DNA from: an uncultured Bacteroidota bacterium
GTDB taxonomy: Bacteria > Bacteroidota > Bacteroidia > Bacteroidales > M50B96
Length of the DNA stretch: 64,000 nt
Direction: 5' to 3'
NCBI GenBank assembly: GCA_937954085.1
Contig: CALGAK010000124.1
Coordinates: 1,278-65,277 of the forward strand
Positions 9,477 to 19,986 of the stretch are shown here, piece after piece (positions within the stretch are counted from its first letter, which is position 1; the number at the start of each line of letters is the position of its first letter). The position numbers and the translations under genes are program-made. The notes beneath the pieces are model-generated. The model saw only the letters and a list, made by a program, of their open reading frames with translations. It searched no databases and was not told where the DNA came from.

Positions 9477-11801
9477 TTATTTTACAAACAAGAGCTTGGT
9501 AACCGCTGTTTTCGATCCATCGGAATTGGTCATATACACCAAATAAACTCCAGTAGCCACTTTATTTCCAGAAAAATCGCGACCATCCCAAATCGCCTGT
9601 CCTCCAAGCGATTCTGTTGAAAAAACCACATTACCCGCAATGTCGGTTATCTTCGCTTGCGTTTGTTCAATCGTTCCCTTGATCACAATGTTTCCTTCGT
9701 AGTTTGGGCGGACCGGGTTTGGGTAAACACTCACCTGCGTAAAGTTCAATTCAGGCTCGGTAGCGAAACCACGATAGGAGGAAATCCCTTTATCGCTTGC
9801 AATAAACACTTCGCCGCTTTGAGGGTCAATGGCCAATTGTAAAATGGTATTCGAAAGAAGCGGGGAGTTGGCAGTAGTAAATTGCTCGAGCTGCGTGGTC
9901 CCATCGGCCGACATTAAAACGACACCGCCCGATTGCGTACCGAACCATTTCCGATTAGCTCCATCGATTGCAATCGCATTAATGGTTTCGGTTCCCAGCA
10001 AAGGTTGAGGAGTTCCGTCGAGATTAACAATAATCCGATTTGCCTGAAAACTAGCTTCATTAAAAACCGACCAGGTAGCATAATACACCAGCACTCCTTG
10101 ATTTGTACCAATCCAAAGCAAACCGTCCCGATCAACCGCCAGGGAATAAATATCGTTAACCACTTCGCCTTCCTCGTTCCTAACAGTAATCTTTTTGTAT
10201 TCGTCGTCGGTTAAATCGCTTGGCGTACCCGAGTCGTTTAGCACAAACAATCCTTCGCCGGCAGGAAGAATGACCCATTTAAAATTATTCGAGTCGATTA
10301 CTACCCGACCGGTCTGACTGCGACTAGTGGTTCCACCGTAAGGCAGAGCAGTCCATTCACCATCGGGCGACACCACCGAAAGGATGTTATCCACGGCTGC
10401 ATTCGAAACCCACAGGTACCCGTAGCGGTCGTAGGCCATTCCTCCGATTCGAACATAAAATCCGGGAAGGATGGATTGCAGTGTGCTGTTCGTATCATTG
10501 TACACTTCGACGAGTTCATTGTTCCGAAACTCCAATAAGCCGCAACCCCACGAGCCGGCAAATACATGCGTCGGATCGTTCGGATCGACAATAATTTCGG
10601 TCAAATCGAACAGGTAATCGGGAAAATTTGCTTGGAGATCGCGATTGAAATTGGTCCACCAGCCATCTTTGTAAGTATAGAATCCGGCGTTGGAGTAGGT
10701 TTGAGTGAGCGACTGGTCTTTACTTCCTCCGGCCACATACAAGGTATTCTTTCCGAAAGCAAAATTGAAGGCCGATTCGCGAAATGGGCCATTGGGCAAA
10801 ATCGAAACGGCATGCCAGGGTTCGTTGCTCCGAACCAGTCCGTTTCGTCGGTCGGCAATCCAATAGAAACCTTCGCTATCGCGAATGGAGGAAAAAGCAT
10901 CCATCGTTCCAAAATTGTACTGGTACAGGAGGTACACACGTTCCAAATCCCGGTTAAATCCTTCAACACTTAAAGCACGAGTAAGCATTAACATTTCGTC
11001 GTCGGCCCAAATTTTCCGATAATTGGAAGGCTCGTAGAAATCAGGAACGATCCAATTCCCCTCGCGATATTGAAAAAGTTGATCCGGATTTGAATCGACT
11101 CCCTCCAGTAAGACAAATAAATCCTCGTTAAATTCCAATAGTTGCGAATAAGCACCATTGGGGTCCGGGAGGTTATCCCATTTCGACCAACGCGCGTAAT
11201 CGGCAAGGAAAGGGTCGTTTACCCCTGCACGAAAAATGCCTTTTTCGGTAGCCGCAAAAAGGGTGTCGTTCTTTACTAAAATATCGAATACATTCGTTTT
11301 GGTTCCTTCTTCACCTATTAAATAAGTATCCTGAATCTCCTCACGCTCCGGGTCGAACACCACGATTCCAAAACCACAAGCCAGGTAAACGCGGTCTTCC
11401 CAAACATAAATACGATTAATGGTTTTATTCCCGGCCATAATTTTATTCCGGATATCCGGAACGTTTACGATGGTACTTCCTTTAATCAGGTCGATGTTCG
11501 AGTTGGTATAAGCTACGATAAGTGCTTCGAAGGAATCGAGATAAAAGATGGTGGAAACCCCTACATCGGAAAGTCCCTGAATACGAGTAATTTTTTCCAG
11601 CGAATTATCTGTTTTATCGAAAAAGAAGAGTCCCTGATCGGTTGCACAGTAAATCTTATCGCCCGCATCGACAACCTCTTTTGCTTGGTAATAGGGCAAA
11701 TGTTCATTCCAATATCCGGGTTGTAACTGAGCCTCCGACCTGCTCAATAACAGCATGAAAAACAGCAAAAAAAGGAGTGTCCCCGGAAAACAATTTCTCA
11801 T
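9477..11801 (-). CDS. Double beta-propeller (two-component-regulator-propeller-like) protein with a T9SS C-terminal domain; PorZ-like
   Basis: 774 aa with signal peptide MRNCFPGTLLFLLFFMLLLSRSEAQ and repeated propeller-blade-like segments. The CTD reads VSVYPNPVRPNYEGNIVIKG...ATGVYLVYMTNSDGSKTAVTKLLFVK. Size and architecture match what I recall for PorZ. No alignment was run. Confidence 0.55.
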   Translation of the reverse strand: MRNCFPGTLLFLLFFMLLLSRSEAQLQPGYWNEHLPYYQAKEVVDAGDKIYCATDQGLFFFDKTDNSLEKITRIQGLSDVGVSTIFYLDSFEALIVAYTNSNIDLIKGSTIVNVPDIRNKIMAGNKTINRIYVWEDRVYLACGFGIVVFDPEREEIQDTYLIGEEGTKTNVFDILVKNDTLFAATEKGIFRAGVNDPFLADYARWSKWDNLPDPNGAYSQLLEFNEDLFVLLEGVDSNPDQLFQYREGNWIVPDFYEPSNYRKIWADDEMLMLTRALSVEGFNRDLERVYLLYQYNFGTMDAFSSIRDSEGFYWIADRRNGLVRSNEPWHAVSILPNGPFRESAFNFAFGKNTLYVAGGSKDQSLTQTYSNAGFYTYKDGWWTNFNRDLQANFPDYLFDLTEIIVDPNDPTHVFAGSWGCGLLEFRNNELVEVYNDTNSTLQSILPGFYVRIGGMAYDRYGYLWVSNAAVDNILSVVSPDGEWTALPYGGTTSRSQTGRVVIDSNNFKWVILPAGEGLFVLNDSGTPSDLTDDEYKKITVRNEEGEVVNDIYSLAVDRDGLLWIGTNQGVLVYYATWSVFNEASFQANRIIVNLDGTPQPLLGTETINAIAIDGANRKWFGTQSGGVVLMSADGTTQLEQFTTANSPLLSNTILQLAIDPQSGEVFIASDKGISSYRGFATEPELNFTQVSVYPNPVRPNYEGNIVIKGTIEQTQAKITDIAGNVVFSTESLGGQAIWDGRDFSGNKVATGVYLVYMTNSDGSKTAVTKLLFVK

Positions 11802-11878
11802 AATAACAGGTTGTTAATAACATTGATAAAATTGGGTAGAAAGATTTACTTTGCACCCGCAAATTAAAACAATAAAAA

Positions 11879-13297
11879 ATGGAAATTCTTGTGAACGAAG
11901 GCATCAATTACAAAGTAAAAGACATTAGCCTTGCGGAATTCGGACGAAAAGAGATTGAATTAGCAGAGCGCGAAATGCCCGGTTTAATGGCGATTCGCGA
12001 AAAATATTCTAAAGAGAAACCCCTGAAAGGCGCTCGTATTACCGGGAGCTTGCACATGACCATTCAGACCGCCGTGTTGATTGAAACCTTGGTCGAATTG
12101 GGAGCCACGGTTCGCTGGGCCAGTTGTAATATTTTCTCCACTCAGGATCATGCAGCAGCAGCAATTGCAGCAGCAGGCATTCCCGTTTTTGCCTGGAAAG
12201 GCGAAACGCTCGAAGAATATTGGTGGTGTACTGCTCAAGCTTTAAGCTTCCCCAATGGGCAAGGACCAAACCTGATTGTGGACGATGGGGGCGATGCCAC
12301 TCTCATGATTCATATGGGTTATAAAGCAGAAGAGAATCCTTCCATTCTGGACAAAGCTCCAGAAACTCTGGAGGAAGAAATGATTCTGAAGCAATTGAAA
12401 AAAGTATTGGCCGAAGACGATACCAAGTGGCATCGGGCAGTGAAAGAACTGAAAGGTGTTTCGGAAGAAACCACTACCGGTGTGCATCGATTATACCAAA
12501 TGGTAGAAAAAGGTGAGCTTCTATTCCCCGCTATCAATGTAAACGACTCCGTTACCAAATCGAAATTCGATAATCTTTACGGTTGCCGTGAATCGCTGGC
12601 CGATGGAATCAAACGAGCCACCGACGTAATGCTTGCCGGAAAGGTAGTCGTTGTTTGTGGTTATGGCGATGTAGGAAAAGGATGTGCTCATAGCATGCGT
12701 TCCTACGGTTCGCGAGTAATCGTTACCGAAATCGATCCTATTTGTGCTTTACAAGCTGCGATGGAAGGCTTTGAAGTTAAAACCGTAGAAGATGCTCTTG
12801 CTGAAGGAAATATTTTTGTTACAGCCACCGGCAACAAAGACGTAATTACGACCGAGCACATGTCGAAGATGAAAGATCAAGCAATTGTTTGCAACATCGG
12901 TCATTTCGACAATGAGATTCAGGTAGAGAAACTGGACAAAATGGAAGGTGTTCGCAAACGCAACATCAAACCGCAAGTCGATCAGTATTTCTTCCCAAAT
13001 GGAAATTCCATTCTTTTACTAGCCGAAGGTCGTCTGGTAAATTTAGGCTGCGCAACCGGTCATCCAAGTTTCGTCATGTCGAACAGCTTTGCCAACCAAA
13101 CCTTGGCTCAAATCGATTTATGGCAAAAAGATTACGAAATCGATGTGTATCGTTTACCGAAATACCTCGACGAAGAGGTTGCTCGTCTTCACCTCGAACA
13201 AATTGGAGTTAAACTAACTACTTTAACGCCCGATCAAGCCGCTTATATTGGCGTAACCAACGAAGGTCCGTTCAAACCCGAACACTACCGATACTAA
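11879..13297 (+). CDS. ahcY: Adenosylhomocysteinase
   Basis: 472 aa with NAD-binding [16 protein letters not shown] and an EHYRY C-terminus. Confidence 0.9.
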   Translation: MEILVNEGINYKVKDISLAEFGRKEIELAEREMPGLMAIREKYSKEKPLKGARITGSLHMTIQTAVLIETLVELGATVRWASCNIFSTQDHAAAAIAAAGIPVFAWKGETLEEYWWCTAQALSFPNGQGPNLIVDDGGDATLMIHMGYKAEENPSILDKAPETLEEEMILKQLKKVLAEDDTKWHRAVKELKGVSEETTTGVHRLYQMVEKGELLFPAINVNDSVTKSKFDNLYGCRESLADGIKRATDVMLAGKVVVVCGYGDVGKGCAHSMRSYGSRVIVTEIDPICALQAAMEGFEVKTVEDALAEGNIFVTATGNKDVITTEHMSKMKDQAIVCNIGHFDNEIQVEKLDKMEGVRKRNIKPQVDQYFFPNGNSILLLAEGRLVNLGCATGHPSFVMSNSFANQTLAQIDLWQKDYEIDVYRLPKYLDEEVARLHLEQIGVKLTTLTPDQAAYIGVTNEGPFKPEHYRY

Positions 13298-13319
13298 CAG
13301 ACCTTTTTAGGTCGTAAAG

Positions 13320-13352
13320 GGAGATTGCCCATTTAGGGTAATCTCCTTTTTT
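13320..13352 (+). terminator. Intrinsic terminator after ahcY
   Basis: Stem ggagattgccc / gggtaatctcc (11 bp including one G-U), loop attta, then TTTTTT. Confidence 0.75.
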
Positions 13353-13377
13353 GTCTTTAACCTATTAATTTTCAGCC

Positions 13378-13635
13378 ATGCCCAGAATCCTCATTGTCCT
13401 GCTCATAATTTTCGGAGTGTATGTGGGTTTACGCTACTTATTCCGATTGGCTCTTCCTTTTTTAATGCGTTATTGGATTAAGAAGATGGGAGGACCGGGA
13501 AATTTCAACCCATTTCAACCCAATCATTTCGATCCTCCCAAAAAGGAAGGCGAAGTGACCATCGAGACCAAGCCCCGCAAAAACAAATCGAAATCCCAAG
13601 ACGGAGAATACACCGATTTCGAAGAAATCAAATAA
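13378..13635 (+). CDS. DUF4834-type small membrane protein
   Basis: 85 aa with one N-terminal TM helix, a Pro/Lys-rich linker and a C-terminal GEYTDFEEI motif that I recall as characteristic of DUF4834. Confidence 0.6.
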   Translation: MPRILIVLLIIFGVYVGLRYLFRLALPFLMRYWIKKMGGPGNFNPFQPNHFDPPKKEGEVTIETKPRKNKSKSQDGEYTDFEEIK

Positions 13636-13671
13636 GTCTTTTTTTATTGAACGCTTCCTTACATTACTCGC

Positions 13672-14853
13672 ATGCATTTATCCCACACCCGGTCGTATAA
13701 CCTAATCGTATTCTTAACAGGATTTCTTCTTCTCCTGAATAATCCGCTTAAAGCTCAAGATATAAGCGACCTAACTTTTGGGACCGATACTACACTCGAT
13801 GTAATTAGCTGGAATATTGAGTGGTTTCCTAAAAACGGGGCGCAAACCTTGAACGAAGTTGCGGAGATTATTGAAGCGCTCGATGTGGATCTAATCGCCA
13901 TGCAAGAGCTCGATGTGGAAAGTGAGTTAGACGCGCTGAAACTCCTGCTGAATGGTTGGGAAATTTACTACAATGCCAGTGAATACCTTACACTCGCTTA
14001 CCTCTATCGGCCTGAGTCATTTGAAAACATTAACATCCACACCATTTTAAGTTCCTATTCACGAGAACTTCCGCGCCGACCCTTGGTTTTTGATGCCGAG
14101 TATCGCGGAAACCGGGTAGTGGTTATCAACAATCATTGGAAGTGCTGCGGCGATGGCTATTTGGATTCCAATGACGAATGGGACGAAGAAACCCGGCGAA
14201 GAGATGCTTCAATCCTCATCGATCAATACGTACGTGATTACTATTCCAACGAAAAAGTAATTGTTTTGGGCGATTTCAACGATATTTTGATCGATGCAAC
14301 TCAGCATAATGTTTTCCAAAATTTCCTGAATACACCCTCCGAATACCATTTTGTCGATTATGCTATTGCGAGTGGAAGCAGTTCCGATTGGTCTTATCCG
14401 TCGTGGCCTTCGCACCTCGATCATATTCTGATAACCAATGAATTATTCGAAGCCTTCGAAGCTCCGGGAGGCTCAGTTGCCTGCCTGGCTATCGACGATT
14501 ATTACCCTGGTGGCTGGAATTATTACGATAGCTATGTCTCCGATCACCGCCCGGTGGGAGTGCGGCTCGTACTTCCGGAGCAACTATCGCTAACCGAAAC
14601 AGCAGGCGGGAAAATGAGCATTTATCCAAATCCGGTGGTTTCAGGGAATACCCTACACCTTGAATCCAGTGTTCGTATTTCGTCCCTGCGCCTCATCGAC
14701 CTAAGAGGCCGCACTCTCCTCGATCAGTTCCCCGGTCAAAAACGGGAAGTAGCCATTGCAACCGACGAATTGGCTCCAGGACTTTACACGATCGAGGCTA
14801 TCTTGGAAAATGGAGAGCGCCATTTTTCGAAGGTTCAGGTTCTAAAACCCTAG
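13672..14853 (+). CDS. Endonuclease/exonuclease/phosphatase (EEP) family protein with a T9SS C-terminal sorting domain
   Basis: EEP motifs SWNIEWF, IAMQEL, GDFND and SDHRPV. The CTD reads MSIYPNPVVSGNTLHLE...GLYTIEAILENGERHFSKVQVLKP. Confidence 0.7.
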   Translation: MHLSHTRSYNLIVFLTGFLLLLNNPLKAQDISDLTFGTDTTLDVISWNIEWFPKNGAQTLNEVAEIIEALDVDLIAMQELDVESELDALKLLLNGWEIYYNASEYLTLAYLYRPESFENINIHTILSSYSRELPRRPLVFDAEYRGNRVVVINNHWKCCGDGYLDSNDEWDEETRRRDASILIDQYVRDYYSNEKVIVLGDFNDILIDATQHNVFQNFLNTPSEYHFVDYAIASGSSSDWSYPSWPSHLDHILITNELFEAFEAPGGSVACLAIDDYYPGGWNYYDSYVSDHRPVGVRLVLPEQLSLTETAGGKMSIYPNPVVSGNTLHLESSVRISSLRLIDLRGRTLLDQFPGQKREVAIATDELAPGLYTIEAILENGERHFSKVQVLKP

Positions 14854-15020
14854 CAAGAATAGATCCTGTCGGTTTTCGAAATTCAACTCGGAATCGCTTC
14901 TAGAAAAAATAATAAGCTGACTTATTTCGCCTTGCACAGGATGGATATTCCATTACATTTGTAAGTAGTTTTACTAATTAGCTCATGCTTATTTATTTAG
15001 CCTAATATTCACTTTCCGTC

Positions 15021-15584
15021 ATGAAAAACCGTTCGACTATGATTTGGGGTATTATTTTTTTGGTGATTGGGTTGGGTTTGATTTTGAAAGTAGTGTTTCA
15101 AATCGACCTGCCTATTTTTAAAATTCTGATTGCTGCCTTTTTCATTTACATAGGCATTAAAGTTTTAATCGGCGACTCGTTTACCTGGCGAGCGACAAAA
15201 ACCGAATCGTCGGTCATTTTTGCCGAGGGTAGCTTCTCTTCGTCGGATGGATTGCAAAAAGAATACAATGCAATTTTTGGAAAGATTGAACTCGATATGC
15301 GTAATGTCGATTTAAGTTCCGGCAACAAAAAAGTTACGGTGAATGCCGTTTTCGGAGCAGCCGAGATTTTGATCGATAAAAATATCCCTTATAAAGTTAA
15401 ATCCGATGTAGCCTTTGGAGGAGCGCGCCTTCCCGACGGAAGCACAGGAGGCTTTGGAAGCAGTTCATACAACAGCGATTCCTTAAAGAGCGACCAAAAC
15501 TATTTGTACATCGAAGCGAATGCGGTGTTCGGCAGTGTAGAAATCAGACCCATCGACGTTCATCCTCCTCAACCAACAGAATAA
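15021..15584 (+). CDS. Membrane protein with a LiaF-like (cell-wall-active antibiotic response) C-terminal domain
   Basis: Two N-terminal TM helices, then repeated AVFG(A/S)xEI beta-strand-like segments (NAVFGAAEILID, NAVFGSVEIRP) as in LiaF/DUF2154-type domains. Assignment is by pattern only. Confidence 0.45.
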   Translation: MKNRSTMIWGIIFLVIGLGLILKVVFQIDLPIFKILIAAFFIYIGIKVLIGDSFTWRATKTESSVIFAEGSFSSSDGLQKEYNAIFGKIELDMRNVDLSSGNKKVTVNAVFGAAEILIDKNIPYKVKSDVAFGGARLPDGSTGGFGSSSYNSDSLKSDQNYLYIEANAVFGSVEIRPIDVHPPQPTE

Positions 15585-15593
15585 CCCCTTACC

Positions 15594-16709
15594 ATGACCA
15601 AGAACCTGCGAACGATTCTCCTGATTGTAGGAGTAATTCTCCTGGGGGCTGCCCTGTGGTATTTAAAATCCATTGTATTTTACCTCATCACAGCAGCCAT
15701 TATAACCATCATCGGGCAACCCATCTTGAGCTTATTGAGCAAGATTCGCGTGAAGGATTATCGTTTATCCAATGGAATCAAAGCGCTTTTAACCCTGACC
15801 CTGTTGTATGCATTGGTTTTTAGCCTATTTCGAGTTTTCGTCCCCATGCTGGTGAGTCAAGCTCAAGCACTATCGGAGACCGATGTAAACCAACTAACCG
15901 AGAACCTCGGTCCTCCCATCGATTGGGTTAATCGACAACTAGCCCTTTTTCAGCACGAGGAAACCGAATTTGACCTGGAAACTTTTCTTACCTCGAAGCT
16001 CACCGGCTTTTTCGATTTATCGACCGTAAGCAACATTCTAAACTACCTTACTAGTTTGGTGGGCGATGTGTTCATAGCCCTTTTCTCCATCACCTTTATT
16101 TCGTTTTTCCTTTTACGAGAAAAGGGATTGCTGAAAAATGCGATTGTAATGGCGGTTCCCACTCGTTTTAAAGAACAGTCGAACGATTTCTTTGGCGAAG
16201 TACGTGCCTTGTTGGTGCGCTATTTTATCGGAATTGCACTCGAAGTATTGCTAGTTGCCTTGTTTCTCAGCATTGGGCTTCGGATTATTGGACTGGAACT
16301 GGAAACCAGTTTTGTAATTGGGTTTGCAGCAGGTTTATTCAATGTAATCCCCTACATCGGACCTTTGATTGGTGCCGCTCTCGGCTTATTTCTAGCGGTC
16401 GCCAGCAATTTTCAGCTCGATTTTTACACCGGGCTGTTACCCTTGTTGGGCTATACCGCTTTAGTTTTTGCGATTGTTCAGCTTATCGACAACATCTTCT
16501 TTCAGCCCCTTATTTATTCCTCGAGTGTCCATGCTCATCCATTGGAAATTTTCCTGGTAATCAGCATTGCCGGGAGCATTGGAGGGGTGTTGGGGATGGT
16601 AGCGGCTGTTCCGCTGTACACCGTTTTACGCGTTTTTGCAAAGGAATTCTTCAACAACTTCGAAATCGTGAAAGCCTTGACCCATAATTTGGAACAAGCT
16701 AACGATTAG
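15594..16709 (+). CDS. AI-2E family transporter (PerM/YhhT-like permease)
   Basis: 371 aa polytopic protein. The central FNVIPYIGPLIGA motif and the overall topology are typical of AI-2E/UPF0118. Confidence 0.7.
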   Translation: MTKNLRTILLIVGVILLGAALWYLKSIVFYLITAAIITIIGQPILSLLSKIRVKDYRLSNGIKALLTLTLLYALVFSLFRVFVPMLVSQAQALSETDVNQLTENLGPPIDWVNRQLALFQHEETEFDLETFLTSKLTGFFDLSTVSNILNYLTSLVGDVFIALFSITFISFFLLREKGLLKNAIVMAVPTRFKEQSNDFFGEVRALLVRYFIGIALEVLLVALFLSIGLRIIGLELETSFVIGFAAGLFNVIPYIGPLIGAALGLFLAVASNFQLDFYTGLLPLLGYTALVFAIVQLIDNIFFQPLIYSSSVHAHPLEIFLVISIAGSIGGVLGMVAAVPLYTVLRVFAKEFFNNFEIVKALTHNLEQAND

Positions 16710-17166
16710 CCGATGCTAGGGAGTTTAAGCGCTCCAGAAAATCCTTCCGTTGACCCGCTTCCAAAATACTGATACTTACGGGAGGATATTTCATGACACC
16801 ATTCTTTGTTTTAACAAAAAGGATTAGCTCCTGCCGGTAACCAGCCCAAGCGGATTTCACTTCCATTCTTACCAATTGCCTGCGCGGAATCTCAATGGCA
16901 TGATGGTCGATAGCAACCGGGATTAATTTGAAGTAGCGAAGAACAATCTTCTCCCCTTCGTCGTCGTATTCCAGGTACATATACCTCCGTGCCGTAAAAT
17001 AAACAAACAATACCCCACCAGCGAGGACAAGCAAAGCATACGTTTCATTCTTCCGTTGCACCCAATCGGTTAAAAAGGTTATTACGATGAGGACGATGAG
17101 CGAAAAAGTGGAGAATAAAAACCTGTTTCGAATGTTCTGGGCCTTGTACTTCGTATTGAATTTCAT
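16699..17166 (-). CDS. Hypothetical membrane protein
   Basis: 155-aa ORF with two N-terminal hydrophobic helices and a small soluble C-terminal domain. I recognise no motif. It overlaps the convergent permease gene by 11 nt. Confidence 0.4.
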   Translation of the reverse strand: MKFNTKYKAQNIRNRFLFSTFSLIVLIVITFLTDWVQRKNETYALLVLAGGVLFVYFTARRYMYLEYDDEGEKIVLRYFKLIPVAIDHHAIEIPRRQLVRMEVKSAWAGYRQELILFVKTKNGVMKYPPVSISILEAGQRKDFLERLNSLASANR

Positions 17167-17302
17167 CTTACTAAACCATTTGGAGTGAATGGTTCAAAGA
17201 TAGAATAGACCCTCTCAAAAAAAAATTATTTACGGTCTTGTAACTTTTGTTGGGAGCTTCCGTTCAAGGGTCGAAACAAACCAATACTAAAACCCTGATA
17301 CT

Positions 17303-17668
17303 ATGAAAACACTTGTCCTGAGCACCCTTTTTTGCTGGATCGTTTCTTATTCGTCGGCTACCGCTCAAACCGATACTTTCGAAGTAAAAATTGGAAACAC
17401 CTGCTTATTATTTGAAGAAACCAATTCCGACCTCAACGAAGAAAGCAGTCGAACCCTAATCGATACCTATCAAATGGATGTTACTTCGGATGAACACCCC
17501 CTCTTTTCAGAAGAAAAATCGACCAACAAGAAGAATGAAACGGCTCAGTTGGAAGAAAGCATTATTGAACGAACCCTTGCAGCCACCCACCGATTCTTTC
17601 CGAACATCTCCATCGAACCCATACAAATCCGGATTCGGATCCCATCCGTTCATATTCAACTATTTTAA
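17303..17668 (+). CDS. Hypothetical secreted protein; its N-terminal module resembles that of the next gene
   Basis: Signal peptide MKTLVLSTLFCWIVSYSSATAQ. After cleavage, TDTFEVKIGNTCLLF resembles SDTVVVNIGKSKLFI of the downstream ORF. No barrel part is present. Confidence 0.35.
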   Translation: MKTLVLSTLFCWIVSYSSATAQTDTFEVKIGNTCLLFEETNSDLNEESSRTLIDTYQMDVTSDEHPLFSEEKSTNKKNETAQLEESIIERTLAATHRFFPNISIEPIQIRIRIPSVHIQLF

Positions 17669-17716
17669 TCCACCCCACCAACTATTAGTCAATCATTCCA
17701 ATTAAAACCTTAAACC

Positions 17717-18769
17717 ATGAAAACTATTATCTACCTTTTAATCTTCAGTTTGGGAAGCCTTCTCAACCTGAATGCACAAAGTGACACCGTTGTCGTCAAT
17801 ATTGGCAAATCCAAATTATTCATCATCGATTCGGAAACCGAAACCAAGATTAGCATCTCCGACGGAGTAAATGAAACCATCCTTTTCGAAGTAAATGAAT
17901 CGGAGGCCGACGAAGCTAAAAGACCTTCGAATTTAGACATCGACGTTGAAACAGATGGGAAAGCCCGCGTAGTGATTATCGATGGCAACGAAGAAAAAAC
18001 CTATATCGATCTACCGGAAGAATTGGAATCTGAGGAGCTGGATGAACTGGCTGAGCTTGATATTGAACTAGAGGAGGATTTTAATGACGATTCAGCTAAA
18101 AAAGAGAAAGCAAGTAAGAAGAAAAAAGGCAAAAAATTCAAAGGACATTGGAGTGGATTTGAATTCGGATTCATTGGATTCCTCGATCCTAACAACCAAC
18201 TGGTTAACGAGAACGAAGCGTATGTAAATCGTCCGTTTCGTTCCTGGAGTTTTGGTCTGAATCTTTTCCAAACCTCGATCCCCCTCATTAAGAACAACTT
18301 TGGAATCGTCGCAGGACTTGGGTTTAACTGGAGATACTACCATTTTGCCAATCCCTATATTTTAACCGAGACAGCCCAAGGAGCCGATTTTGTAGCCATG
18401 TCGTCGGCCTACGATAAAATTGACCGCAATCGTTTATCGGCCTTTTACCTGCATGCTCCCCTAGCGTTCGAAATGCAACTTCCCATTCGCAACGGTAAAA
18501 ACACTCTTTTCGTAATGGGTGGTGCCTACGGAAATTTACGACTTACCACCAAGTACAAGCTTGAAATGGTTCAAGATAAAGTGAGCACCAAAGAAGAGAT
18601 TAAGAGCGATTTCTATCTCTCCGATTTCGAGTACGGCTTAACCTTCCGGGTAGGAATCGACAAGATAAACCTTTATGCCAACTATGCGCTCAATCCATTG
18701 TTCCGCAAAACCACGGCGCCGGAGTTCACTCCTATTACTGTGGGCATCATGATAATACCTTTCACGTAA
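17717..18769 (+). CDS. Outer-membrane beta-barrel-like protein with an acidic/lysine-rich linker
   Basis: Signal peptide, an E/D-rich then K-rich linker (KKEKASKKKKGKKFKGHWSGFEFGF), then alternating-hydrophobicity strands through to the C-terminus. Confidence 0.5.
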   Translation: MKTIIYLLIFSLGSLLNLNAQSDTVVVNIGKSKLFIIDSETETKISISDGVNETILFEVNESEADEAKRPSNLDIDVETDGKARVVIIDGNEEKTYIDLPEELESEELDELAELDIELEEDFNDDSAKKEKASKKKKGKKFKGHWSGFEFGFIGFLDPNNQLVNENEAYVNRPFRSWSFGLNLFQTSIPLIKNNFGIVAGLGFNWRYYHFANPYILTETAQGADFVAMSSAYDKIDRNRLSAFYLHAPLAFEMQLPIRNGKNTLFVMGGAYGNLRLTTKYKLEMVQDKVSTKEEIKSDFYLSDFEYGLTFRVGIDKINLYANYALNPLFRKTTAPEFTPITVGIMIIPFT

Positions 18770-18825
18770 GCTTTCCACAAGCTTTCTGACCACTTTGGCT
18801 GTATGCTAATCAGCCATTAAGCGCA

Positions 18826-18858
18826 AGAGGCAGACCCTGACCGGCTGCCTCTTTTTTA
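18826..18858 (+). terminator. Intrinsic terminator
   Basis: Stem agaggcag / ctgcctct (8 bp), an 11-nt loop, then TTTTTT. Confidence 0.7.
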
Positions 18859-18932
18859 TGCTCCAAATTCTTTCGAAAACCCACATGATTTGAAGAAAAA
18901 TAGCTTATTTCGAAGCGATTAAATCTCATTCC

Positions 18933-19982
18933 ATGAAAAAATTATTCCTTCTTGCTATCCTCCTCACGTCAGCCCTCTTTCATTTTGGGCAAATTACAAT
19001 CACTTCGGCCGATATGCCACAACCCGGTAGTTCCTACGAAGTGTATATCAGTGAAAATGTGAATGGCAATTTTGCCGCTACCGGAGCCAATTTCACCTGG
19101 GATTTCTCCGACCTTTCCGGCCTTATTCCTAACACGATTAACTTTAACGACAACTCAAACATTCCATTTACCCTGGCCTTTGCCTTTGGCGGATCGACCA
19201 TGCATACCGGGCTGGGAAATGTCGAATTACCCGAAGGAATTCCCGTGGAAGATGGCTTCCAGTTCTTCACCAATAACTCCAGCGGCTACACCATCGACGG
19301 TTTTGGAGTTACCCTTTCTGGTTTTGGATTGCCCTTTGCCTACGATGTGCCGGAATTGCTCTTCGATTTCCCGCTCACCTATCAACACAGTTACTCGAGC
19401 ATTTCAAACCTGGAAGTCAATTTACCGGGCATTATCTTCTATAGTTCACAAGTAATCCGCGAATCGGATGTCGATGGTTGGGGAACGCTTTACCTGCCCA
19501 ACGATACGCTCGACGTGTTGAGGGTCAGAACCGTCATCAACCGGGTTGATTCCATCTCGTCCGATTCGATTGGAGGAGTTCCTCCCATTCCAAGCAGCAC
19601 AACGGTTTACACTTGGCTTGCTCAGGGCAAAGGACTGCCTGTTCTGGAAATAACAGAAAGCGACTTGCTCGTAACCGCTCGATTCCTTTTCGGAAACAGC
19701 ACCATTGGTATTTCCAGCACCACTCAAACCGAAGATTTGCGAATCTATCCAAATCCAGGGAATGAGCTGAACTTAAGTATGCGCTTACCTTTTCAATCGA
19801 ACTTGCAAATTGAACTAATCGACACACAAGGCCGTCTGCTTGAAACCCTTTATGCAGGGAAATCCGATTCCGACTTTTTTAATCAAACCTTCAACCTCGA
19901 CAACGCTTATCCCACTGGACTCTATTTTATTCGCGTCGCCGTTGACAACGAAGTATTCATGAAAAAATGGATTAAAGAATAA
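18933..19982 (+). CDS. Hypothetical secreted protein with a T9SS C-terminal sorting domain
   Basis: Signal peptide. The CTD reads LRIYPNPGNELNLSM...TGLYFIRVAVDNEVFMKKWIKE. Confidence 0.6.
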   Translation: MKKLFLLAILLTSALFHFGQITITSADMPQPGSSYEVYISENVNGNFAATGANFTWDFSDLSGLIPNTINFNDNSNIPFTLAFAFGGSTMHTGLGNVELPEGIPVEDGFQFFTNNSSGYTIDGFGVTLSGFGLPFAYDVPELLFDFPLTYQHSYSSISNLEVNLPGIIFYSSQVIRESDVDGWGTLYLPNDTLDVLRVRTVINRVDSISSDSIGGVPPIPSSTTVYTWLAQGKGLPVLEITESDLLVTARFLFGNSTIGISSTTQTEDLRIYPNPGNELNLSMRLPFQSNLQIELIDTQGRLLETLYAGKSDSDFFNQTFNLDNAYPTGLYFIRVAVDNEVFMKKWIKE

Positions 19983-19986
19983 TTGC

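Noticed and set aside
10566-10973. 135-aa plus-strand and 122-aa minus-strand (off-frame) ORFs inside the PorZ-like gene
   Set aside because: They are fully nested in the 774-aa ORF, which has a signal peptide and a CTD. They have no independent support.
11802-11878. Possible SAH riboswitch upstream of ahcY
   Set aside because: Only 77 nt are available, the stretch is AT-rich, and it lacks the GC-rich pseudoknot stems of the SAH element.
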